64,000 bases of DNA from an uncultured Candidatus Melainabacteria bacterium (GCA_947090755.1 CAMUPF010000008.1:3901-67900), one strand, 5' to 3'. Positions 18,696 to 27,270 are shown, numbered from the stretch's first letter. Notes: generated by a model from the letters alone, not told the origin. Made by a program: numbers and translations.

Positions 18696-20197
18696 TTATT
18701 TTTTTATAAGGGATATGTATTATCGTTCCTGCGGCCATACACTTAATACTATTAATATTTTGAAACGTTTTTTCGGCGAAGATTTATTAAAGGATTTCAG
18801 GTGTGTTATTTCTGAAACTGTTTATTACCAGTTAAATGAAGAAGAATTATCCGGTATTAATCCTGTAGTGATTTTTGACAGGGAATTGCGGGATATTTTT
18901 GAGGATAAATTTATATCGCACAATGAAATTGTCGAAAAGTTTTATTACGGCAATTTGACCCCTAACAATCTACAGGATTTGAAGGCGCTTTATTCTCGCA
19001 AACTGGAAGGTTTTGTGCCGGATTTAGTTATGCAATTTGAATATCATAATAAATGTTATGACGATATTTTCCCTAAGGCGTTTAAATTAACCTTTCAGGG
19101 CGGACTTTTTAAAAGGGGAATTGGGCCTGAAACTTATATTATTGACCCCTCAGGCAGCTTTAAGGATTCATCTTTAAATATCTTTCGTGATGAAATTAAC
19201 AATTTCGTAATTTCTGAACAACAAAACACACTGATTGATAACTTTAAACGCCGCCTTAGTAATCTTATAAAAGAGAATACATCTTTTATTTCTACCTTAT
19301 TAGCGCCTTATAAAGAGAAGTTTGATTATCTTGTTTTGCTTCCGTTACAAATGAGTAATCATTATGGTTTTGATACTGAAACAGGATTTAAAACGCAGTA
19401 TGACTATCTTGAATATGTACTGGATAATGTTCCTAAAAATGTCGGGGTAATCGTAACAGAACACGACCATGGCCGTTTTCTTGAAGAAGGAACCTTCGGA
19501 AAAGGCGGATTCTTAGAATGGTTTGAAAACAAGTATGAAAATTTGGTATACATTAAAGAACTGCGGGGGGGGGGGGGGGTATTCCTCTCCGTCAATATAT
19601 TTCTTGCCGGAGGTTGATGCTGTGATAAATGTTTCGTCCTCAGTCGCCCTGACTGCAACTTTATTCGATAAAAGAATAATATCACTTGGTAAAACTTATA
19701 ATAATTGTTTTAAGGATACTCAGGGATTAGAAAACATTATTGAAGTTTTAAGCAAACCGGTTAGAAATAAAAATTCGTTTTTATTCTGGTTTTTGACTAA
19801 ATATGTTTTTTTCGAAAAACAGTTGAATGATAAATCTTTTATGTACCAATATTTATGTGATTCCATAGAAAAATTCAAGAATGAAGGAGTAACTTTTGCT
19901 TACTTTACGCAAATGAATGGAATCGAAGAGGCTTGTGATTCTATTGCAGGGTATATTGAAAATGTTTTCATTACAGAGCGCCGCAGGCAGGAAGATGAAA
20001 GGCTTGCGCAAGAGGCAGAAAGGCTTGCAAGGGAAAAGGAAATAGAAGAAGCAAGACTACGCGAAGAGGAGCGAAAACGGCGGATTGATAAAAAACGTGA
20101 AAGATGTAACCGGTTCGGAATCTATTACGAGGCAAAACATATTATTATCGGCCTGTTCGGGCTTAAAATAAAATTTAGAAACTATTTGGAGGAATAA
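18673..20197 (+). CDS. capsule-synthesis (KpsC/KpsS-like, PF05159-like) protein with C-terminal charged coiled coil, split by G15 tract (OFF frame)
   Basis: YLVLLPLQMSNHYGFD and VIVTEHDHG before the tract. YSSPSIYFLPEVDAVINVSSSVALTATLFDKRIISLGK after it, in the -1 frame. 14 or 17 G would fuse them. Family call by motif resemblance. Confidence 0.55.
19565..19579 (+). repeat. homopolymeric G15 tract
   Basis: Counted directly: 19565-19570 plus 19571-19579. Confidence 0.95.
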
Positions 20198-20200
20198 TTT

Positions 20201-21265
20201 ATGAATACAATTTTAAAAGAAGATTTTGATTATATTCTTGGCGATAAGAATATTGATTGGTCAGAATTAGCAGGTACGACAATTCTGGTTTCCGGAGCAT
20301 CAGGATTCTTGCCCTCATATTTGATAAAAACGCTTTTATACCTGAATTCTCTCGGTGTCCAAAAACCCGTCAAAATCCTTGCACTTGTAAGAAATATTGA
20401 CAAAGCAAAAGCTAAATTTAAAGATTCACTCAATGACAGTAATTTAGTGTTCCTTGCACAGGATGTTACAAAACCGATAGAAGTTCCTGAAAAAATTGAT
20501 TATATTATTCACGCAGCAAGTCAGGCCAGCCCTAAATTCTTTTTCTCCGATCCTGTAGGAACTATCAATGCCAATACTCTGGGTACAAGTAATTTACTGG
20601 CTCTTGCAAAAGAAAAAGAGGTTAAAAGTTTCCTATATTTTTCATCCGGCGAAGTATGCGGTGACATTTTTGAACATAAAAATCTTGTATCAGAAGATGA
20701 TTACGGGATTGTTAACCCGTTAGATGTTAGAAATTGCTATTCAGAGAGTAAAAGAATGGGCGAAAATATGTGTTTTTGCTGGAATTACCAGTATGGTGTT
20801 CCGGTAAAAATCGTAAGACCGTCGCATACTTATGGCCCCGGATTTAGTTTTGACGATGGCAGAGCGTTTACAAGTTTTGTGGCCTCTGTGGTTAAGGGCG
20901 AAGATATTGTGTTAAAAAGTGACGGCAGTGCAAAAAGGTCTTTTGTCTATCTGGCAGATGCAGTAAGAGCGTATATTTTTGTACTTTTAAACGGTCAGAA
21001 CGGTGCCGCTTACAATGTTGGCTACGATGGTGAAATAAGTATTCTGGAACTGGCAAACCTTCTTGTTTCTCTGGCTGATAACAAAAATATTAAAGTTCGT
21101 CGTGAAATTTCAGGTAATGCCCCGAGCAGTAAAGTCGCAAACGGACTCCTCGATATCAGTAAATTAAAAGCTATGGGCTGGTATCCGAATATTTCAGAAG
21201 AAAAAGGGTTTAAAAGAACTATTGACTACTTTCTTCAGGAATTAGAATTGGAGACCGTGCACTAA
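20201..21265 (+). CDS. NAD-dependent sugar epimerase/dehydratase (extended SDR)
   Basis: VSGASGFLPSYL cofactor motif and YSESK catalytic motif. 354 aa. Confidence 0.8.
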   Translation: MNTILKEDFDYILGDKNIDWSELAGTTILVSGASGFLPSYLIKTLLYLNSLGVQKPVKILALVRNIDKAKAKFKDSLNDSNLVFLAQDVTKPIEVPEKIDYIIHAASQASPKFFFSDPVGTINANTLGTSNLLALAKEKEVKSFLYFSSGEVCGDIFEHKNLVSEDDYGIVNPLDVRNCYSESKRMGENMCFCWNYQYGVPVKIVRPSHTYGPGFSFDDGRAFTSFVASVVKGEDIVLKSDGSAKRSFVYLADAVRAYIFVLLNGQNGAAYNVGYDGEISILELANLLVSLADNKNIKVRREISGNAPSSKVANGLLDISKLKAMGWYPNISEEKGFKRTIDYFLQELELETVH

Positions 21266-21270
21266 AACTA

Positions 21271-21297
21271 AAAAAGAGGCTCGATGAGCCTCTTTTT
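21271..21297. terminator. bidirectional intrinsic terminator
   Basis: aaaaagaggctc-gat-gagcctcttttt between convergent genes. Confidence 0.8.
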
Positions 21298-22481
21298 TAT
21301 AATGAATATTTTGTCTTCTTTGCAGATCTGAACTTTTTACGTAAATCGCTTAATGTTATATTATGCAAAAGTCTGCGGATGAAAAGATATGCCATATCCC
21401 GTATTCTGAGATTTTTGACGGCTGTTGAATAAATTTTATTTTTATAGTTTTTGAATATGTTTTTTGTTTTCTTATAATGATTTTGTTTCATAAGTTTAAG
21501 GATATCTTCTCTGTATTCTTTGATTCCGTAACCAAAAACTTCTTCAAGATGTTTTCTTGATTCGTCATCATTCAATAAATCATCAATATATTCTGCAGAA
21601 TGACCTACAAAACGTTGTTCCATAAACAAACCGTGTGCGATAAAGAACGGTATATCTTTTTTGTCGTTTAATTTATCAACAAAAGGGCTTTCCGGAAAAA
21701 TTTCTTTTGCGATATTGATATCTTCAAGAGTCAAAAATGTTTTATAATAAGTTTTATGCTCGTACCAGTCGTATGCCGCAACTTTATCAATAGCGCCGAT
21801 TGCGGACGCTTGTGATTCGTGAATCCTGTAATTAGCGACTAATTTATTTATGTAACCTGCCTTGTAACCTTTACAGAAAAGTGCCAGCCATAAATTGATA
21901 TCAAAGCAATAAATATAAGTTTTATTGATTTTTACAGTTTTAAGTATATCAGCTTTAATTATAGCACCTGCCCAAGGTAGAAAACCGATTCCGCGTCCTA
22001 ACAGGCCTATACAATCAGCGGGAGTATTTTCTACGGAGAAAAATTCTCTTACATCAAAGTGATTTACATTTAAATCTTTTCCCTCTGAATTAATATATTC
22101 AACGTTACCAAAGGCGAAGTCAACATCCGGAGTGCTTTCCATATAGTTAACGAGGGTTTCAAGTCCGCCCTCTCTCAGTTCGTCATCTGCAGATACGACT
22201 TTGATATATTTCCCGCAAGATTGATCGAACATTTTTTGTAATAATAAACCGCTGCCGCCGCCGATATTTTCTTCCATATCAATATGTTTGATACGCGGAT
22301 CGTTATAAGAGCGTGCTATTTCTCTACAGGAATCTTCTGTTGCATGGTTAAGTAAAAATAACTCAAAGTTTTGATATGACTGTTTTAGAACTGATTCAAT
22401 TGAACATTTCAAAAACTTTTCATCGTTATAGTATGGTATCAAAATTGAAACTAAAGGGTTTCCCGTCGGTGTGTTTTGCAT
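21297..22481 (-). CDS. family 2 glycosyltransferase (paralog A)
   Basis: VSILIPYYNDEKFLKCSIESVLKQSYQNFELFLLNHATEDSCREI. 394 aa. Collinear similarity to the 22989..24149 product, including the C-terminal K..YSL. Confidence 0.8.
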   Translation of the reverse strand: MQNTPTGNPLVSILIPYYNDEKFLKCSIESVLKQSYQNFELFLLNHATEDSCREIARSYNDPRIKHIDMEENIGGGSGLLLQKMFDQSCGKYIKVVSADDELREGGLETLVNYMESTPDVDFAFGNVEYINSEGKDLNVNHFDVREFFSVENTPADCIGLLGRGIGFLPWAGAIIKADILKTVKINKTYIYCFDINLWLALFCKGYKAGYINKLVANYRIHESQASAIGAIDKVAAYDWYEHKTYYKTFLTLEDINIAKEIFPESPFVDKLNDKKDIPFFIAHGLFMEQRFVGHSAEYIDDLLNDDESRKHLEEVFGYGIKEYREDILKLMKQNHYKKTKNIFKNYKNKIYSTAVKNLRIRDMAYLFIRRLLHNITLSDLRKKFRSAKKTKYSL

Positions 22482-22509
22482 GCTTAATCCTTTCCTTTGT
22501 CGTGGCGTA

Positions 22510-22528
22510 TATGATATAAGATATCATA
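22510..22528. promoter_or_regulatory. palindrome in divergent intergenic region (candidate XRE operator)
   Basis: tatgatat-aag-atatcata, perfect 8-bp arms, between GT2 paralog A and the XRE gene. Confidence 0.35.
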
Positions 22529-22611
22529 AAATTTGCTAAGTTACAACTTAATATAGCATTTCCATTGTTATTGGTTGATTTTAGAATTATAAAGGAGTTT
22601 AAGGGATTTTA

Positions 22612-22953
22612 ATGGATAAGGCAGAAGTAAAAAAGAATGTGGGGCAAAAGGTTCGTACATATAGGTTGAATTTAAAGTTATCCCAGTTCGCACTTGGTGA
22701 AAAAGCGGATATTAATCAAAGACAAATCGCCCAAATAGAATCCGGAAAATCTTTGCCTTCTCTTAACACTTTGCTTAAATTCTGTGAAATTTTTCACTGT
22801 GAAATCGGTGAATTTTTTGAACAAAATATCGTCAAAACCAGAGAAGAACTTAAGCAGGAGATTATTAACATTATTGATGACTTTAACTTTGGCCAATTAG
22901 AGTTTATATATTTGTATATCCGCAATTTTTCTATGGTTAGGTCAAAAAAATAA
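22612..22953 (+). CDS. XRE-family helix-turn-helix transcriptional regulator
   Basis: VGQKVRTYRLNLKLSQFALGEKADINQRQIAQIESGKSLPSLNTLLKFCEIF is a Cro/C1-type HTH. Confidence 0.8.
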   Translation: MDKAEVKKNVGQKVRTYRLNLKLSQFALGEKADINQRQIAQIESGKSLPSLNTLLKFCEIFHCEIGEFFEQNIVKTREELKQEIINIIDDFNFGQLEFIYLYIRNFSMVRSKK

Positions 22954-22988
22954 ATAGGCCTAGGCATTTAATAGAAAGGAATTTGATT

Positions 22989-24149
22989 ATGAATAGTCCG
23001 TTAGTATCACTATTTATACCGTATTATAATGATAAAACTTTTTTAAGGGTTTCTATAGAGTCTGTATTGTCACAAACTTATAAAAACTGGGAGTTGATTT
23101 TGGTAAACCATGCATCAACTGATTCAAGTCGTGAGATAGCTCATTCATATAATGACAGTAGAATTAAACATGTTGACGTTAGCTGTAATTTAGGGGTTGG
23201 CGGTGGCGGGCTGCTAATGACAAAATTTCTGGAACAGGCTAAGGGCAAATATGTTAAATTTTTATGCGCTGATGATATGTTGCTTGATGATGGATTATCA
23301 ATTCTCGTTGATTATATGGAAAGTCATCCTGATATAGATTTTGCATTTGGCAATTTGAATTATATTAATGAAAACGGCAGGTCTCTGGGGAAAGATTTTT
23401 TCTCGAATAGAGAATATTTTTCTGTTGATAATACTGAAGCTGACTGTATACGTCTTTATTCTAAAGGATATAGTTTTTTACCGTATATTGGCAGTATTGC
23501 GAAACGCCAAATTTTCAATAATATAACAATAAACAAAACGATTATTATGACATTTGATATGTCTTTATGGCTTTCGCTGCTGTGTAAGGGATATAAAATC
23601 GGTTATATTGAACAACTTATCGGAAATTATAGAATTCATAAAGAACAGGCCTCTGCAATACAAAAAAGAAGACAGGCTGAAATGTTAAGTTCGCATGAAT
23701 GGGGAATATTTTGGAAGATTTTTCTTACTATTGAAAGCGTAGATTTGGCAAAAGAGGTATGGCCCGAGAGCGATTTAGCAGAGAAACTTACCCGTAAAGA
23801 AGATATCCCTTTTTTTGTAGCATATATGCTATTTGATTTCTGGATAATTTCGCAGGAAATATATGCTTATATCGCCTCCTTACTTGATGACGATTGCAAG
23901 CGTCAATACTTAATCGAAACATTCGGTTTTGGTGTCAGAGAGTTGAGGAAAGCCTGTCTGAATAAGTTACAAACTAATAATTCAGCGAAAATGAATTCCT
24001 TGAAAAAATATAAAACTAAACTTTATATGAAAGGCGTTAAGGATTTAAATTTACTGGATATGATTTATCTTGCGTTTAGAAAATTTATCAACTTAATTAC
24101 TTTGCGCCCTTTATTTAAACTGTTCAAAAAGAAAAACTATTCGTTATAG
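22989..24149 (+). CDS. family 2 glycosyltransferase (paralog B)
   Basis: VSLFIPYYNDKTFLRVSIESVLSQTYKNWELILVNHASTDSSREI. ATG 22989 after AAAGGA; the tracked ORF starts at TTG 22983. Confidence 0.8.
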   Translation: MNSPLVSLFIPYYNDKTFLRVSIESVLSQTYKNWELILVNHASTDSSREIAHSYNDSRIKHVDVSCNLGVGGGGLLMTKFLEQAKGKYVKFLCADDMLLDDGLSILVDYMESHPDIDFAFGNLNYINENGRSLGKDFFSNREYFSVDNTEADCIRLYSKGYSFLPYIGSIAKRQIFNNITINKTIIMTFDMSLWLSLLCKGYKIGYIEQLIGNYRIHKEQASAIQKRRQAEMLSSHEWGIFWKIFLTIESVDLAKEVWPESDLAEKLTRKEDIPFFVAYMLFDFWIISQEIYAYIASLLDDDCKRQYLIETFGFGVRELRKACLNKLQTNNSAKMNSLKKYKTKLYMKGVKDLNLLDMIYLAFRKFINLITLRPLFKLFKKKNYSL

Positions 24150-24686
24150 AATAAAGTTCATATAGCTTTCGTCGATTTTATCCTGTTCTATTCCGATGTA
24201 TCTTAGAGTTATTGAGGTTGAGGAATGGTTCAGGATTTTTTGTAGAAGCGCGATATCGTTAAACCGGATATAATGGTGATAACCAAACGTTTTTCTTAGC
24301 GAATGGGTACCAACTTTATATTTTATTCCCACTGTTGTGCAAGCCTTATTAATAATCCTGTATGCCTGATGCCTGTCGAGCCGGTTGTTATAAACCGTAG
24401 TAAACAGCGGCTCTTTGTCTTTTTTGCCTTCGATATGACGAATTATTAGTTGTTGTAATTTTTGATTTATCGGGAATCTTTTGTGTTTATGAGTTTTCTT
24501 TTCTGTTATACAAATATGGGTTTTGCCGCGAACATCCCCGACGTTGAGGCCCAGAATATCGGATATTCTGAGTCCGCTGTTTGTTCCCATAACGAAAAAC
24601 AGTAAATCTCTTAAACTTTGCTTTTCAAGAGTGTGTTCAATGCGTTTCAAATCATCTTTGTTTCTAATCGGTTCTACAATGTTCAT
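24144..24686 (-). CDS. small tyrosine recombinase (catalytic domain only, 180 aa)
   Basis: GLRISD (Arg), HSLRKT (His-x-x-Arg), NHSS and LRYIG (Tyr) catalytic residues. No N-terminal SAM-like or arm-binding domain. Confidence 0.8.
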   Translation of the reverse strand: MNIVEPIRNKDDLKRIEHTLEKQSLRDLLFFVMGTNSGLRISDILGLNVGDVRGKTHICITEKKTHKHKRFPINQKLQQLIIRHIEGKKDKEPLFTTVYNNRLDRHQAYRIINKACTTVGIKYKVGTHSLRKTFGYHHYIRFNDIALLQKILNHSSTSITLRYIGIEQDKIDESYMNFIL

Positions 24687-24750
24687 AGTGCCCGCCTTTC
24701 TATGTAAAATTTCTAAATGAGTGCTTTTTTACATAGATAAAAACGAAACT

Positions 24751-24778
24751 AAAAAAGACTCCTTTAGGAGTCTTTTTT
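24751..24778. terminator. bidirectional intrinsic terminator
   Basis: aaaaaagactcc-ttt-aggagtctttttt. Confidence 0.75.
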
Positions 24779-24854
24779 AGTTTGGGTTCGCGCTCGAACC
24801 AATGACAAAGCTCCGCTTTGTTGTGGTTCGTAAAATGCAACGCATACTCATGAT

Positions 24855-24888
24855 AAAAATGGAAATAACAAAAGTTATTTCCATTTTT
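24855..24888 (-). terminator. intrinsic terminator after tRNA-Tyr
   Basis: aaaaatggaaataac-aaaa-gttatttccattttt, a 15-bp stem, immediately 3-prime of the tRNA on the minus strand. Confidence 0.75.
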
Positions 24889-24891
24889 ATT

Positions 24892-24974
24892 TGGGCAGGG
24901 GTGGATTCGAACCACCGTAGGCTCGCACCGACAGATTTACAGTCTGTTCCCTTTAGCCACTCGGGCACCTACCC
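24892..24974 (-). tRNA. tRNA-Tyr (anticodon GTA), class II long variable arm
   Basis: Manual cloverleaf: acceptor GGGTAGG/CCTGCCC, anticodon arm ACAGA-CTGTAAA-TCTGT, T arm GGTGG-TTCGAAT-CCACC. CCA not encoded. Confidence 0.85.
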
Positions 24975-25172
24975 ATATTAAATTTTAGTTTCTTTCCTGC
25001 TCTCTAATGTGTTCCGCCAGTGTCCGTAACCTGCCTAGTGCTCTTTTTCGGCTAATTACTTGTTTTATTTCCTGATGCTATTCATATTCCTTATGGTTGC
25101 GGACCGGCCACACACATTTTTGAGTTTTTATATCAGATTGGTATCTCTGATTAAGTTCGAGATAACGCAATA

Positions 25173-25244
25173 TGCCCTTGACGAGATTTGAACTCGTGGC
25201 CTCTCCCTTACCAAGGGAGTGCGCTACCCCTGCGCCACAAGGGC
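25173..25244 (-). tRNA. tRNA-Thr (anticodon GGT)
   Basis: Acceptor GCCCTTG/CAAGGGC, D arm GCGC-AGGGGTA-GCGC, anticodon arm CTCCC-TTGGTAA-GGGAG, T arm ACGAG-TTCAAAT-CTCGT. Confidence 0.85.
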
Positions 25245-25419
25245 TTGCCTTCTGGTTTGCCGCACTTTGTAATTCTGAAGGGAACCAAGGGAGTGCTGCT
25301 ACCCTCCTCCACTCAAACGATATTCTAATCGTTTTCGCGGAGTCCTTGCCACAAGGGCTCTTTTGGACGCCTCTAGCGTTACGAGCCAACCCGTAAACCC
25401 TTTCCGGCACCCGAGAAAT

Positions 25420-25491
25420 AGCCGGCAATAGGAATCGAACCTACAACCTACGGTTTACAAAACCGTTGCTCTACCGTTGAGCTATGCCGGC
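25420..25491 (-). tRNA. tRNA-Thr (anticodon TGT)
   Basis: Acceptor GCCGGCA/TGCCGGC, anticodon arm ACGGT-TTTGTAA-ACCGT, T arm GTAGG-TTCGATT-CCTAT. Confidence 0.85.
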
Positions 25492-25539
25492 GCGTGAGAA
25501 AATTGTATAATGAACATATTTTAATGTCAAGCCCATTTT

Positions 25540-26517
25540 TTAATTACTTAAAATTTTATTTTCTCCGAACACAAACGCCCGAAACTCTTGCTTGATAGGC
25601 TTGTAGAACTCTTTGACAAGCACATGACGCGTCTGGATGCAGTTGTATTTTCTGGCATGGAGATAATCTTCGTATTCCTGTGCAAATTTCAAGCTTTTTC
25701 TTTGTTCCAAATACGCTTTGAATCCGCTGTTGCGTTTACGTTTTATGCTCTGCAGCGCGAATGAAATCAGAGCGTCATAATTTATATTATACCCGTTGTT
25801 TTTGACCAGCGTAATTATGAAATTGTTATTATCATTAGTTTTAACGCTCAGATAAACTATTGCCTGCTCTTTTTCCATTAAAACGTAGTTGTTTTCACAC
25901 TGATTGTCAAAAAGTTTTAATAAAGGTTCTTTGAATTCATTTTCTGATTGTAAAAGCGCAGGTTTATAGTGGGCGATTAGTTCGTTGTTGATTAAATCCG
26001 CAATCGCGCTGCTGTGCGAATCGTTAGCACTCACAAGGGGGGAGGGTTCAAGGTTCAGAAAATAGTTAATATCGTGCGTGATATCCCATAAATTTTCGTA
26101 AGAGCAGCATCTGAAGCCGCAGCCTTCCATAAATAGTTGTTCTAAATCTTTCTGGGTGTTGTCAACAACAACTTTGAAATTTTTTGCGCCGCGTTCACCA
26201 TAGTGCCGGATGATAAACTTAATCAATTTTTTGCCTGTAAGATAGTCGTTATTTTCAAACAGCAGACGTTTAATATTGATTTGTTCGGCGTTGCCCTGAG
26301 TTGTTGCAGTGCTAATCATGCCTTTTATCGTGCTGTCTTCGGATAGTACAAAGGATTCGGGCATAAATTTAAAGTGTAAGGGCAGAAGGCTTTGCAGCGG
26401 ACTGGCACATTCTTTAAGGATATTATATTTAAAGTAGTCCTGATTCAGACCTGAAATATCTACGATTTTTTTCAGGCGCGATTTGTCAAAAATGTTTAGC
26501 CTTCTAATATTACTCAT
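25540..26517 (-). CDS. hypothetical protein (possibly tandem GNAT-like folds)
   Basis: 325-aa ORF with no diagnostic motif. GAKNFKVVVDNTQKDLEQLFMEGCGF loosely resembles a GNAT core. Confidence 0.5.
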   Translation of the reverse strand: MSNIRRLNIFDKSRLKKIVDISGLNQDYFKYNILKECASPLQSLLPLHFKFMPESFVLSEDSTIKGMISTATTQGNAEQINIKRLLFENNDYLTGKKLIKFIIRHYGERGAKNFKVVVDNTQKDLEQLFMEGCGFRCCSYENLWDITHDINYFLNLEPSPLVSANDSHSSAIADLINNELIAHYKPALLQSENEFKEPLLKLFDNQCENNYVLMEKEQAIVYLSVKTNDNNNFIITLVKNNGYNINYDALISFALQSIKRKRNSGFKAYLEQRKSLKFAQEYEDYLHARKYNCIQTRHVLVKEFYKPIKQEFRAFVFGENKILSN

Positions 26518-26560
26518 AAATTTATTATAACGTTTTCGGTGAAAATCGGCAAGTAGGTAT

Positions 26561-26592
26561 TAAAAAAGGCGCCGCGCAGCGCGCGGCGCCTT
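26561..26592 (-). terminator. intrinsic terminator of rubrerythrin gene
   Basis: ggcgccgcgc-agc-gcgcggcgcc, a 10-bp GC stem followed by a T run on the minus strand. Confidence 0.85.
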
Positions 26593-26607
26593 CCTGTAAA
26601 CATTAAA

Positions 26608-27147
26608 TTAGTTAAAGTATCTTTTTAAAAGACCGTCGAAGCCTCTGCCGTGGCGTGCTTCATCTTTAGCCATTTCGTGAACTGTGTCGTGAATAGCGTC
26701 GTAGCCGAGTTCTTTAGCGCGTTTTGCAAGCATAAGTTTACCTTCGCAAGCACCTTGTTCAGCGCCGGCTCTCAATTCTAAGTTTTTCTTAGTTGAGTTT
26801 GTTACGACATCACCGAGAAGTTCCGCGAATTTTGCAGCGTGTTCAGCTTCTTCAAACGCGTATCTTTTGTAAGCTTCAGCGATTTCAGGGAATCCTTCGC
26901 GTTCAGCCTGTCTGCTCATAGCGAGGTACATACCAACTTCGCAGCATTCGCCGTTGAAGTTCGCGAGTAAGCCGTCCATAATTTCTTTATCATCAACTTT
27001 GCCGTCACCGATTTTGTGTTCGCAGGCATAAACTTTTTCGCCGCCAGCTTCTTGTGCTGTGAAAGTAGTTGCGCCGCAAATAGGGCATTTAGCCGGTTGA
27101 ACGTCAGCTTCTGTAGTCCAGCCGCATACTGTACAAATGTATTTCAT
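26608..27147 (-). CDS. rbr: rubrerythrin, reverse domain order (N-terminal rubredoxin-like, C-terminal ferritin-like)
   Basis: N-terminal CTVCGW..CPICG. Diiron ExxH motifs EEAEHAAKF and DEARHGRGF. Confidence 0.85.
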   Translation of the reverse strand: MKYICTVCGWTTEADVQPAKCPICGATTFTAQEAGGEKVYACEHKIGDGKVDDKEIMDGLLANFNGECCEVGMYLAMSRQAEREGFPEIAEAYKRYAFEEAEHAAKFAELLGDVVTNSTKKNLELRAGAEQGACEGKLMLAKRAKELGYDAIHDTVHEMAKDEARHGRGFDGLLKRYFN

Positions 27148-27220
27148 AATTCTCTCCTTTACTAATCTTACCGCTAATATTTTATAATATAACTGTTAAA
27201 ATGTAAATATGTAAGTTACA

Positions 27221-27248
27221 AAAAACGGCTCCAAAAGGGGCCGTTTTT
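27221..27248 (-). terminator. intrinsic terminator after groEL
   Basis: aacggctcc-aaaa-ggggccgtt flanked by A/T runs. Confidence 0.75.
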
Positions 27249-27270
27249 AAATGTTTTGAAGGATGAACGG

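Noticed and set aside
21297-24149. Idea that the inverted GT2 paralogs form a recombinase-driven shufflon or invertible cassette
   Set aside because: At the DNA level the paralogs have diverged at most codons. I found no long identical inverted repeats that could serve as crossover sites.
24975-25419. tmRNA, RNase P RNA, SRP/4.5S or 6S RNA in the long tRNA spacers
   Set aside because: None of the diagnostic motifs are present: GAGGAAAGUCCGGGC for RNase P, GGAAGCAGC and the GGAA tetraloop region for SRP, or a tRNA-like 3-prime end with UCCACCA for tmRNA.
25078-25428. 116-aa and 74-aa ORFs overlapping the tRNA cluster
   Set aside because: They run across two well-folded tRNA genes and the GC-rich spacer. 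They have no RBS and no protein-like composition.
26037-26042. G6 run inside the hypothetical gene 25540..26517
   Set aside because: It is too short to count as a slippage-prone contingency tract, and the gene is intact.
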